Origin: Acidobacteriaceae bacterium
Lineage (GTDB): Bacteria; Acidobacteriota; Terriglobia; Terriglobales; Acidobacteriaceae
DNA: 45,827 bases
Direction of reading: 5' to 3'
Assembly (NCBI GenBank): GCA_030040655.1
Contig: JASHTH010000467.1
Span: 1 to 45,827, forward strand
Shown: positions 9,236 through 18,534 of the stretch, piece after piece
Numbering within the stretch: position 1 is the stretch's first letter
Layout: each line of letters opens with the position of its first letter
Program-made: the position numbers and the translations under genes
The notes under the pieces: model-generated
Told to the model about the DNA's origin: nothing
Seen by the model: the letters and a program-made list of their open reading frames with translations, nothing else
Databases searched by the model: none

Positions 9236-10765
9236 CTAGAACGGGTTCAGCTTCGAGAGTCCCTTCTTCTTCTTTTTCTTGCTGGAGGATTCGTCGTCTG
9301 TAGCCTTGGGTGCTTTCTGCTTCTTCTTGGAGCTGGCGGCTTGGACCGGCGTGGACGTGGGGCCGGTCGATTTGATGTCGTTCACCTGGAGGGGCGCCGC
9401 AGCTGCTTTTTCCACCGCTGGCAGCGCGGTATTGACCGGGCCGACGGCCTTCACCGGAGCGTTGGGATCGACCGCCGGCGCGCTCACGACGGAAACACCC
9501 ACGCCCGTACCTTCACCCGGCGCTCCTCCTTGCAGCGGCGCGACCGAGGGCTGATCGCTGCGCGGCGGCTCGTTGACGCCGGTCGGCTTGGCCGCCACAA
9601 GGCCCGGGGCCGGCTTCCCGCCATTGACGGCTGCGAAGTAAATGGCCAAATTGTCTTTGTTGATATCGGGCGCAATGGTGCGCTTGGGATCGGTCAGGCT
9701 CGGGTCGCCGACATGGACCGCCTCGACGACCGTGGGCCCGTGTTTGACCATGCCCAGCATCGTGTCGGTGAAGCGGATAGGCTGGCGGCTGCGTTCTTCG
9801 GCATCGCTCTCCGCGACTGCCTCCGCGGTGGGTTCGGGGATGGGCCGGTTCATGGCGATCAGCCGATCGCGAGCGTCTTCAACGTGCGGCGCCATGGGAT
9901 AGCGCGTGATGACCTTATCGTAGGCGGCGGCGGCCTTATCCAGGTAGACAGCGCGCAGCCGTTCTTTCACGGCGCCGGGCAATCCGCGCGTGATCTGCAC
10001 GTTGTGTGCTTCGCCTTCATACGCGTCGCCCATGGCCAGCAGAACCTGATCGCTCTTCGAGTAAAGCGGATAGGTATCCGACACCGTCTCAAGGCGCGCG
10101 AGTGCGGCCGGGTAGTTGTCGCGGCTCTCGTAATAGAGGCCGATCTGCGTCTCGCGCTCGCCCAGCACCTCTTGCACTTCGCGCAGCTTCTGCTTGGCCT
10201 GGGGTATCAGCGTCGAATCCGGAAACTGGTTGATCATGATCCGATATTCCTGCTCGGCATGCTCGGCATTGGTGGAGTCGCGGTCCGGCTTCTCCATTTC
10301 GGAAAAGTAAATGTCCCCCACTTTCATCTGCGCCTCGGCCGCTTCGGGTGCATCGGGGAAGAAGGTGATAAAGTCCTTGTACTCGGCCTCGGCCTGGGTG
10401 AGCGCTGCCGAGCCGCCTTCCTTAAACCAGCTATCGCCCACGGCCAGCTTGGCGCGCATGCGGTACTCCGAGTCCGGATAGGTGTTCAACATGGTCTGCA
10501 GGTCCAGGCGGGCCACGTCGTAGCGGCCCTTCTTCATGGCGATCATCGCCTTGTCGTAGAGCTGCTTATCCGGCTGCTCGGATTTGACGTTGGCCAGGGG
10601 GTTAGCGCTCAGGTCGTACGGCTTCTTCTGCTTGTGCGTCTTGGTCTTCTTATGTGCAGAGATCTGTGTCGACACCTGATCCGACGCCTGTTGTGCCGAC
10701 GCGCCGGCGGCCAGCATTAGCGCCGCAAGGGCGGCCGCAGCCATCTTCAAGTGAAACCGGTTCAT
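9236..10765 (-). CDS. bamD: Outer membrane protein assembly factor BamD with long C-terminal extension
   Basis: TPR pattern (LYDKAMIAMKKGRYDVAR...YPDSEY, YKDFITFFPDAPEAAEAQ, QFPDS, ETQIGLYYESRDNYPAALARL); ATG 10765 with GAGGT SD. Confidence 0.88.
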   Translation of the reverse strand: MNRFHLKMAAAALAALMLAAGASAQQASDQVSTQISAHKKTKTHKQKKPYDLSANPLANVKSEQPDKQLYDKAMIAMKKGRYDVARLDLQTMLNTYPDSEYRMRAKLAVGDSWFKEGGSAALTQAEAEYKDFITFFPDAPEAAEAQMKVGDIYFSEMEKPDRDSTNAEHAEQEYRIMINQFPDSTLIPQAKQKLREVQEVLGERETQIGLYYESRDNYPAALARLETVSDTYPLYSKSDQVLLAMGDAYEGEAHNVQITRGLPGAVKERLRAVYLDKAAAAYDKVITRYPMAPHVEDARDRLIAMNRPIPEPTAEAVAESDAEERSRQPIRFTDTMLGMVKHGPTVVEAVHVGDPSLTDPKRTIAPDINKDNLAIYFAAVNGGKPAPGLVAAKPTGVNEPPRSDQPSVAPLQGGAPGEGTGVGVSVVSAPAVDPNAPVKAVGPVNTALPAVEKAAAAPLQVNDIKSTGPTSTPVQAASSKKKQKAPKATDDESSSKKKKKKGLSKLNPF

Positions 10766-10847
10766 ACCACCTCTTCTGGGGCGGAAATGCACCGGGGGAC
10801 AGCCACTCCGCCAAGTCGACCTACCGCTTCGATTTTACCTGCCGGGC

Positions 10848-11525
10848 CTAAGCGCTCGCCTGCTTTTCGGCCATTCGCGCCGCATCCAGCAGGGCCCGCG
10901 CGTCCCGCTCCGGCGCGCCGGCCCCGAAGACCGCATTGCCGGCCACCAGCAGCTCCGCACCTGCTTGGACGATTTGCGCGACGGTGTCGTGAGCCACGCC
11001 GCCGTCCACTTCGATTTTAAACTTCAGGCCCAGCTCGCGGCGCAATTCGGCCAGGCGGCGAATCTTTTTGAGCGAAAAGGGGATGAACTCCTGCCCGCCG
11101 AAGCCCGGATTCACGCTCATGATGAGCACGTGATGCACCATGGGCAGGATCTCCTGGATCAGTTCGACCCGCGTGGCCGGATTGATGACCACCGCCGGCT
11201 CCATGCCATGGCTTGCAATCAGCTCCAGGGAGCGATGCAGGTGGGTGCAGGCCTCGTAATGAACGCTCACCCAGTTGGCGCCGGCCTCGGCAAATGCCGG
11301 AATGTAGTCGTTGGCGTTTTCGATCATCAGATGGCAGTCGAGCGGCAGATCGGTGAATCTTCGCAGGCTCTTCACCACCGGAGGTCCCAGCGTAATGTTG
11401 GGTACGAAGTGCCCATCCATCACGTCGACGTGGATGGCCGCCGCGCCGCCGCGGGTCGCCGCGGCCACCTGGTCGGCCAGATGGGCGAAATCCGCCGAAA
11501 GTATCGATGGCAGCAGCTCGACCAA
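10848..11525 (-). CDS. rpe: Ribulose-phosphate 3-epimerase
   Basis: PSILSADF, IHVDVMDGHFVPNITLG, LDCHLMI, MSVNPGFGGQ, IEVDGGV; likely TTG start 11525 after GGAGG. Confidence 0.97.
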   Translation of the reverse strand: MVELLPSILSADFAHLADQVAAATRGGAAAIHVDVMDGHFVPNITLGPPVVKSLRRFTDLPLDCHLMIENANDYIPAFAEAGANWVSVHYEACTHLHRSLELIASHGMEPAVVINPATRVELIQEILPMVHHVLIMSVNPGFGGQEFIPFSLKKIRRLAELRRELGLKFKIEVDGGVAHDTVAQIVQAGAELLVAGNAVFGAGAPERDARALLDAARMAEKQASA

Positions 11526-11653
11526 TCTTGAGACGCCTCCCCGCCCGGCCAGTGTATCAGCCGGCAATTACTTGCATCGATCCCGCAGAGTGGCCGAAGT
11601 TGCGGGATTATGATGCACACGTACGCTCATCGCCACCCCTGAGGAGCTTCTGC

Positions 11654-13522
11654 ATGGAATCGCGCCGTCTTTGCCCGCTGATTGTTGCGACCCTGGTTCT
11701 ACTTTTGGCCGTGCCCTTCGCTCTTGCCGACGAATCCCTCTCGCTTACCGTCGATGCCACCAAGACACAGCAGAAGCTGCTGCGCGCCCATCTGACGATG
11801 CCGGTCAAACCCGGTCCTCTTACCGTCTACTACCCCAAGTGGATTCCCGGCGAACACGGGCCCGATGGGCCGATCGCCAGCCTCACCGGCCTCAAATTCG
11901 AGGCCAATGGAAAGACGATTCCGTGGAAGCGCGATCTGCTGGATGTCTTCACGTTCCATCTCGACATCCCGGACGGCGTAACCGAGCTGCACGCGAACTA
12001 CGACTTCATCGAGCCGGATGGCTACTCAGCCACCGACAAGCTGATGGTGCTCGAGTGGAACGAGGTCACGCTGTATCCGGCCGGCACTCCCGCTCAGCTG
12101 CTCAGGTATTCGGCCAAACTTGTCGTGCCGGAAGGCTGGAAGATCGGCACGCCGCTGCCGGTCGAGACGCAGTCGGGAAACGAAGTGACCTTCAAGCCGA
12201 TCTCGTTGGACTTGCTCGTCGATTCGCCGGTCATCGCCGGCCAGTTTTATCGGAGCATCGATCTCACCCCTGCGGGCGAGCCCATCCACCACGAGATCGA
12301 CATGGTGGCCGACAGCGAGGATGCGCTGAATATGAGCGCGGCCAACCAGAAGCAGATGACCAACCTGGTCGCCGAATCGGGCAAGCTCTTCGGCGCGCGC
12401 CACTATCGCGACTATCACTTCCTGCTCACGCTGAGCGATCACGTGGCGCACTTCGGCTTAGAGCACCACGAATCGAACGACAGCCGACTGCCCGAGCGCG
12501 CGCTGCTCGAGCCCAGCTCGGGCATGGCGCTGGGCGGGTTGCTGGCGCATGAGTTCGTGCACTCGTGGAACGGCAAGTTCCGCAGGCCCGCCGATCTTGC
12601 GACCCCGTATTACGAGCAGCCGATGGAGACTGACCTGCTTTGGGGCTACGAAGGACTGACCGACTATCTTGGCCCCATGCTGGCGGCGCGAAGCGGCTTG
12701 TGGACGCCGGATCAATATCACGAGTATCTGGCCAGCATTGCGGCCGCTCTCGGTCCCGGCCGGCCCGGACGCACCTGGCGACCGCTGCTCGATACTGCCG
12801 TTGGCGAGCCCATGGGTGGACTCGGTTTTGGGTTTGCACGTGGCTGGCTCAACTGGCGCCGCGGCACCGACTACTACGATGAAGGCGACTTGTTGTGGCT
12901 CGAGGTGGCGACGATCATCCATCGTGAATCCCAGGGCGCCAAATCCATCGACGACTTCTGCCATGCGTTCCACGGCGGACCCAACAACGGTCCCGAGGTG
13001 AAGACGTATACCTTCGACGAATTGATGAGCGCGCTGAATGCTATTGTGCCGTACGACTGGGCAAGCTTCTTCCACGAAAGACTGGATTCCACTTCGGCGG
13101 AAGCGCCTGTGGGCGGAATCGAGAACGGTGGGTGGAAAGTGGTTTACAAGGACGAACCGGCCCACCTGGAAGGCCGCCGCGGAAATCCCGGCGAAGAATT
13201 CTCGATCGGCCTGCAGGTGAGCGGCGACGGGACGGTGAGCGACTCGATCGTTGGCAGCCCCGCCTTTAACGCAGGCATCTCCTCGGGAATGAAAGTCGTT
13301 GGCGTCAATGGGCGCCTTTTCAGGCCGGACTTGCTGGACGACGCGATCAAAGACGCGAAAGACAATTCCAAGCCGATCTCGCTGCTGGTCGTGGTGGACG
13401 ATTACTACCGCACCTGCAACATCGACTATCATGGCGGGCCGCGTTACCCGCATCTGGAGCGCATAAGCGATCGACCCGATTACCTCGATGACCTGATCAA
13501 GCCGCGGGCATCTGCGCAATGA
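11654..13522 (+). CDS. M61 family glycyl aminopeptidase with C-terminal PDZ domain, secreted
   Basis: Signal peptide; PKWIPG, GLEHHES, zinc motif HEFVH..WNGK, YEGLTDY; PDZ-like GSPAFNAGISSGMKVVGVNG; ATG 11654 after GAGGAG. Confidence 0.9.
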   Translation: MESRRLCPLIVATLVLLLAVPFALADESLSLTVDATKTQQKLLRAHLTMPVKPGPLTVYYPKWIPGEHGPDGPIASLTGLKFEANGKTIPWKRDLLDVFTFHLDIPDGVTELHANYDFIEPDGYSATDKLMVLEWNEVTLYPAGTPAQLLRYSAKLVVPEGWKIGTPLPVETQSGNEVTFKPISLDLLVDSPVIAGQFYRSIDLTPAGEPIHHEIDMVADSEDALNMSAANQKQMTNLVAESGKLFGARHYRDYHFLLTLSDHVAHFGLEHHESNDSRLPERALLEPSSGMALGGLLAHEFVHSWNGKFRRPADLATPYYEQPMETDLLWGYEGLTDYLGPMLAARSGLWTPDQYHEYLASIAAALGPGRPGRTWRPLLDTAVGEPMGGLGFGFARGWLNWRRGTDYYDEGDLLWLEVATIIHRESQGAKSIDDFCHAFHGGPNNGPEVKTYTFDELMSALNAIVPYDWASFFHERLDSTSAEAPVGGIENGGWKVVYKDEPAHLEGRRGNPGEEFSIGLQVSGDGTVSDSIVGSPAFNAGISSGMKVVGVNGRLFRPDLLDDAIKDAKDNSKPISLLVVVDDYYRTCNIDYHGGPRYPHLERISDRPDYLDDLIKPRASAQ

Positions 13523-13579
13523 GAGGCCGCGGGCGACGGCGGTTGGCCGGCAGCCCGCGGCGTGAATGGCGGATCTCCC

Positions 13580-13695
13580 GCAGGGGCTAAAGCCCCATTT
13601 TGGAAAGAAGCCGTTTGCGGCAGGAGTCAACTCGTGCCCTGACACTTCTTGCCCCTGATCAGGCCGTTTTTCAGCGACCTGTGAAGCCGTGCTCT
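13580..13695. repeat. REP/BIME-like hairpin cluster between convergent genes
   Basis: ggggctaaagcccc (13583-13596), ggcaggagtcaactcgtgcc (13619-13638), ttttcagcgacctgtgaagccgtgc similar to ttttccgcagcctgtgaagcccg at ~6171. Confidence 0.65.
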
Positions 13696-13729
13696 TTTTT
13701 AGAAGCTTCCGGCTCGAGACACGAATGCT

Positions 13730-14860
13730 TCACAGCGCGGCGATGCCATTGAATCCCGCGGCCTTTGGCAAGCCCGGGGCCTGCTGAAGTTCGGTGAGCG
13801 AACCGTCAGGGTTGATGGTGAAGACGCCGACCGTCCCTGTTTCGCCGTTCAGGCTGAATAGGAACTGGCCGTCTCCGCTGATGGCAATATCAAGATTCGT
13901 GCTTCCTGCCGGATTGGAGCCGACGATCGTTCCGGCAAGCGGCGAGAGTGTGCCGCCGGTTCCAATCGTGAAGCCGGCGATGCTGGAAGAGCCGGCATTC
14001 GAAGCATAGACACGCGTTCCATCTGGACTGATGGCGTTCCAGCAGTTCGCCGAGCCGTCGGTGGGCACGCTTTGGCTGATGGCTGACAGCGTCCCATCGG
14101 CGAGGACCTTGTAAGAAGAGATCGCCGAGCCATTGGCTGCGCCCGCCGGCCCGGTTTCCGAGACGAGCAGGGCGCCATCGGGCGCGAATCGCGCCGAGAA
14201 CGCGCCGGCGCCCGGACTGGGGTTCACGACGATGGGTCCGAGCGTACCGTCGGCGTTGATGTTGAAGGTATCAATGTTGTTGGCGATGCGCTCGACCACC
14301 GCAAGGGCCTGGCCGTTGGGACTGATTGAAATCGACGCCCCTCCGGTTGCATTGGCGGAAAGAAACGCGGTGGAGTTCGCAATAGTCCGGAGCTCTCCGT
14401 TTCGGTCCAAGCCGAATCCGACCACGCTACCCGCTCCGCCGGAGTTCAGCACGTAGACCCTGTCCTGCCATTGTGCGATGGAAACGGGTTCGCTGCCGCC
14501 CGAGGGTTGGATGCCTGCGAATTGGAGCCCATCTCCATCAACGCGGAAGACGGTGATATCGCCGCTTCCGGCATTCGCCGCAAACAAAAGTGAGTGATCC
14601 GTGCTCAGCGTGAGCGACCCTTGCGATTCCAGCGGATCGTTGACTCCTCCGCTTCCTCTGCCTTCGGTATCGTAACGATGCCGTTCGGCGAAACTTCCGT
14701 CGTCTAGCCGTTCGAAAGCGATGACCTGGTTCCTTTCGGCATTGTTCGACATGACGAAGACGGTTTCGCCGCCACGTGCCTGGCCCGCGGCACACATCAT
14801 CGGCGCAAGGGCGCCGACTACGATCATGATCTTCGACATACTGCGATGAATGGCGATCAT
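13730..14860 (-). CDS. Secreted lactonase-family (6-phosphogluconolactonase/3-carboxymuconate cyclase-like) beta-propeller protein
   Basis: Repeated propeller blades (LFAANAGSGDITVFRV, PSGGSEPVSIA, ISPDGTRVYASNAGSSSI, ISGDGQFLFSLN); N-terminal hydrophobic signal; AAGGAG SD before ATG 14860. Confidence 0.8.
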   Translation of the reverse strand: MIAIHRSMSKIMIVVGALAPMMCAAGQARGGETVFVMSNNAERNQVIAFERLDDGSFAERHRYDTEGRGSGGVNDPLESQGSLTLSTDHSLLFAANAGSGDITVFRVDGDGLQFAGIQPSGGSEPVSIAQWQDRVYVLNSGGAGSVVGFGLDRNGELRTIANSTAFLSANATGGASISISPNGQALAVVERIANNIDTFNINADGTLGPIVVNPSPGAGAFSARFAPDGALLVSETGPAGAANGSAISSYKVLADGTLSAISQSVPTDGSANCWNAISPDGTRVYASNAGSSSIAGFTIGTGGTLSPLAGTIVGSNPAGSTNLDIAISGDGQFLFSLNGETGTVGVFTINPDGSLTELQQAPGLPKAAGFNGIAAL

Positions 14861-15151
14861 GCACTGCTCCTTCAGGTTTGGGGATATGCGCGCGAAGAAT
14901 GGCGGAACGGATGGCGGGCCCGCAACCGTCGATCCTTTCAACGCGCGCCACAGTTGGATTGGAGAAGTTAGCGAAAAGTTACAACCAGGGCGAGATCTGC
15001 GCGATCAAAAGACAATATCTGTGACGGGCAGCAGGCGGCGCGTGATCGCAAGGAATTCGGCACAGCGCCAAAGGCGAGATTCTTCGTGGCATCCTTGCGC
15101 CTCAAGCGGGGCGCAAGGATGGGCTCAAAGCGAATGCGTCCTTGTAGTCGT

Positions 15152-15646
15152 TCAGGCCGCGCGCTGCGCGTGCTGGTACGCCTGATGGCTGATTTCGGTG
15201 AGTTTCTTGTCGGCAGCCTTCTTCTCCTGCAGCGTCTTGTCGAGAAGCTGAACCGCCTGCGTTTTGCCCAGGCGCTCGGCGTAGGTGCGAACCGTACCAT
15301 AGGCCGCCATCTCATAGTGTTCCATGCGCTGCGCCGCCGAGATCATGGCCACATCGCGGAGATCGCCTTCCTTGCTGTCGTCGAGCATGCGGGCGCCTTC
15401 GTCGAGAATGCCCTTCATGCCTTCGCAGGTCTTGGTCTTGGGGCTTATGCCCAGCATCTCGAAGATTTGTTGCAACCGCTGAACGTGCCCTTCGGTCTCC
15501 TTCAGATGGTGTTCAAACGCCGTGCGCAGCTCGTTCGACTTTGCCGACTTGGCCATTTTGGGCAGGGTCTTGGTGATCTGGGTTTCGGCAGAGTAAAGAT
15601 CCTTCAGCTCTTCTTCAAACAGTTATCCGATCGTGTCGACGCTCAT
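15152..15646 (-). pseudogene. yciF: YciE/YciF (DUF892) ferritin-like protein interrupted by in-frame TAA at codon 8
   Basis: GGAGG SD then ATG 15646: MSVDTIG*LFEEELKDLYSAETQITKTLPKMAKSAKSNELRTAFEHHLKETEGHVQRL...CEGMKG...AAQRMEHYEMAAYG; TAA at 15625-15623. Confidence 0.8.
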
Positions 15647-15876
15647 ATCATTCCTCCACTGGGGTCTGCGATTCTCCGGATATGCCGAAGCAAGCCTATG
15701 CGTGTGCATGGCCGCTGCAGTCGACCTTGCGGCGGCGAAACACGTCGCGGCCGCGCGGTATTGCCGCGGCTGCTCCTTGACGTCTGCTTCGGATAACATC
15801 CTTCCGAAAAAACGCTCGTTTGGCTTGCTGACCCTTTTGATGCGAAGGCGATGCGCCCCGTTGCCCTTCTACGGGC

Positions 15877-15992
15877 CAGGGCAGTTTAGGAAATAGCGTG
15901 TCCGTTCTGAGGCTGCTCGAAGTCGCCGCTCCCTGCTGGTCGCGTGGACTCGGCGATCTTTTTCCGGCTTCATCATTTCCTAAACTGCCGTA
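15877..15992. mobile_element. MITE-like element, copy B (110 bp core, no nested hairpin)
   Basis: Perfect 15-bp terminal IR ggcagtttaggaaat (15880-15894)/atttcctaaactgcc (15975-15989); flanks CA-G / G-TA. Confidence 0.85.
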
Positions 15993-16062
15993 GCGGAGCG
16001 CATCGAAAGAACGTCTTCGCGCCGCCCGATCGCCTGCGCGGCGCGAATCGTCTTTCATCCAT

Positions 16063-16755
16063 CTAGCGGCTCGCCGCCTGCGCGGGGCCAAAATACTTCT
16101 CGACGGCGCGCAGGAACGGACTCGCGGCCTCCGGCGCCGTTACGCTGCCATGCAGAATGGAATCGAAGTGCTGCACACCGCCATAGAACGTATCGGTGTC
16201 TTCGGTATTCTGGCTGACCGAAACGCCGTTCAAATCGATTCCAGCGAAGATTCCGCGGCTCCGCGACCAGGTCAGCAACTCCGCTCTCATGCTGATGTCT
16301 GTCGACGCTTGGGCGTCGCGTCCCACCGGTCCTGCCGCCGCGGCCGCGCCGGCGCCGATCTTGAACTTGTCTTGCAGCAGATCCTGGAAGCCTTTCTGGT
16401 CGATCGCGACCAGCACCAGATCCGTTCCCTGTCCGCCGATCTGGAAGCCGAACGAACCTCCGGCCATGCGAATGAAGACCGGCGCGCTCCATCCGTTTGC
16501 GGTGCGGCAGGTTACTACGCCTTGCCCGTACTCCGCGCCGAAAACGAAAGCTCCTTTCATCATTCCGGGTACTACGCCTACGCAATAGGCTTTGCGTGCA
16601 ATGCTGTCGGGCACGGCTTTGTCAGGTACCGACATGATCTGATCGATCACCGTGCGCGCCGCGTCCAGACGGGAGTCGAGCTTTTGCTGGCCGTCGGCAG
16701 CCAACGCGGGCAAAGCCAAAGCCCCGACGAAGATCAGGGCCAGTATCTTTTTCAT
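16063..16755 (-). CDS. Lipid-binding SYLF (YSC84-like) domain protein, secreted
   Basis: KGAFVFGAEYGQGVVTCR, WSAPVF, GGSFGFQIGGQGTDLVL, AAAGPVGRDA, WSRSRGIFAG; signal peptide; start 16755 or 16761. Confidence 0.9.
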   Translation of the reverse strand: MKKILALIFVGALALPALAADGQQKLDSRLDAARTVIDQIMSVPDKAVPDSIARKAYCVGVVPGMMKGAFVFGAEYGQGVVTCRTANGWSAPVFIRMAGGSFGFQIGGQGTDLVLVAIDQKGFQDLLQDKFKIGAGAAAAAGPVGRDAQASTDISMRAELLTWSRSRGIFAGIDLNGVSVSQNTEDTDTFYGGVQHFDSILHGSVTAPEAASPFLRAVEKYFGPAQAASR

Positions 16756-16943
16756 CGTCAATCTCCTTCACGATTGGCAAGCCGGCGGATTTCTGCGGGA
16801 TCGCGCCGACTGGTTCTCAGGCTTGGATGCAAGAACCGCGGTTTTTGGACACCCCGGGACCGAATTCCGCACAGAAGCGGGGGAATTTGCGGCGGCAGCC
16901 TTTATTACGCAGTGGGAGTTCCTCCGGCTCTGCCGGGGGACGC

Positions 16944-18419
16944 CTACTTCGGCTCAATGATGCGGAAGTTCCCGCTGCCGTGCATCAGGCTCATCAAGTA
17001 CAGCATGCCGTCGTAGTAGCGCTGTTCGCCCGAGGGAACCGGTGTATTCCAGAGCGCCTCGACAAAGGCTTTCGAGATCGGACCGTCGGTTGCCGCAAGG
17101 CTGCCCACGGCAGTCGTGGCCAGCATCCCCACCGAGTGGCGATCGGAAAGCGGCTTGCCTTCCAGCGTGTAACGATCGTCGAACTTGTCGATGCCTTGGC
17201 TGTAGAGAAACTTCTGGATGCGGTCGCTCAGCGCCGTCTCGCGCCCGTCCTTGTGCCACCAGGAGGAATCCACCGACCAGTTGCTCACACTGCGCCAGGA
17301 GTCGTAGCTGAACGGAACCATGGTGCCGTTGGCGAGCTGAATCGGTGTTTCGTCGAAGTTGCATCGGTCCGGCGTCAGCCCTGTCTCCGGTCCGGTAATC
17401 TTGCTGAACAGGTCGCGGCTCACATCCGCGGCCTTCGCCCAGAATGCCCGGTCCTCCACCGGGCCCCAGCGTGCCCATAGCTCGTAGAATGCCGGCAGAT
17501 GGTAGGACGGATCCGTAACCCCGCCTTCCACGTTGGGCACGAAGCGAATCATGAAATGCGGTTCCTCGACCATGGGGCCGATCGACTCCGTGCGCGGCCC
17601 GCGCGGAAAATGAAACGTCGAAGGAATGGCCCCCGATCGCTCGAGCGCGCGATTGTTGGGGCTTGGCCAGGGATGATCCGGCGGGACGAACGGCGCATCG
17701 TCGGGATGGATGCGGAAGGGGCTTGTGCCTGTCAGCACCGGATGGTGCCTCATTCCCCGCAGGATCTTGTCGGCCTGCCCCTGATAGTCATAAATGCCTT
17801 TGCCGTTGCCCCATCGGTGCGCAGCGAAGTAAAGCGACATCACGAAGTATTCTTCGCCGTCGGGCGCCGCGCCGGTCGAGCGCGGCGTGCCGTCCGTATT
17901 CATCGACCATGCAAAATAACCAACCGAAGGGTTCTTCGGGTCGGTGATCAGCATGTAGGTATTGGCCCAGTTCCACAGCGCGTCGAACTCGCGTTTCTTG
18001 TCGAGTTCGACGGCGATCATCATCCCGTAGCTCATGCCTTCGGTGCGCGCGTCGTTGTTGGCCCAGTCGGTGATGTAGGCCAGCGGCCCATTCTCGTTGG
18101 CGCCGGTTTCAAAGTAGAGCCGTTCTTCCTGTCCGTCGCCGTGGAAAAGCTGCTGAAAAGCCCTCTCGATCTTGGCGCGGCTCTCGGCCGGGGTGTGGCC
18201 CAGGTCGGCGAAGAGGTCGCGGTATCGGCGCGTTTTGTAGGCTCCGGCGCCATCTCCGGGAAAGCTGGGAATTTTGCCTAGCGGTGCATTTTCATGCGGA
18301 ACAGGCGGGGAAAACCCGAACGGAACCGGCGCTGGTTTTGGTGCCGTGGCGGGAGCCTGGGCCGCAGTCATTGAGAGCAAAGGCAACGAAAGCACCGAGA
18401 CCAAAAGGATGGACCGCAT
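16944..18419 (-). CDS. Glycoside hydrolase family 8, similar to reducing-end xylose-releasing exo-oligoxylanase/xylanase
   Basis: RTEGMSYGMM, FDALWNWA, GYFAWS, APDGEEYFVMSL, TDPSYHLPAFYELWA, YDSWR, RYYDGMLYLMSLMHGSGNFRI; signal peptide from ATG 18419. Confidence 0.9.
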   Translation of the reverse strand: MRSILLVSVLSLPLLSMTAAQAPATAPKPAPVPFGFSPPVPHENAPLGKIPSFPGDGAGAYKTRRYRDLFADLGHTPAESRAKIERAFQQLFHGDGQEERLYFETGANENGPLAYITDWANNDARTEGMSYGMMIAVELDKKREFDALWNWANTYMLITDPKNPSVGYFAWSMNTDGTPRSTGAAPDGEEYFVMSLYFAAHRWGNGKGIYDYQGQADKILRGMRHHPVLTGTSPFRIHPDDAPFVPPDHPWPSPNNRALERSGAIPSTFHFPRGPRTESIGPMVEEPHFMIRFVPNVEGGVTDPSYHLPAFYELWARWGPVEDRAFWAKAADVSRDLFSKITGPETGLTPDRCNFDETPIQLANGTMVPFSYDSWRSVSNWSVDSSWWHKDGRETALSDRIQKFLYSQGIDKFDDRYTLEGKPLSDRHSVGMLATTAVGSLAATDGPISKAFVEALWNTPVPSGEQRYYDGMLYLMSLMHGSGNFRIIEPK

Positions 18420-18534
18420 GCAGGCGGGCAAGAGCAATTCTCCTTCGATAGCTCGGCAAGGCAACGGTCGCCGGCGCCGAAACGCACCTATTCCACTATA
18501 AGGCGAATGCTCAACTCATGGGCAGTCGCCGCGC

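Noticed and set aside
15623-15625. Selenocysteine or pyrrolysine recoding of the yciF internal stop
   Set aside because: The codon is TAA, not TGA or TAG, and all other genes use standard stops
15696-16091. Short ORFs across the MITEs (15633..15896, 15696..16091, 18507..18788, 3004..3321) as transposase fragments
   Set aside because: No DDE or HUH motifs; shared ends such as GQFRK simply reflect translation of the terminal repeat
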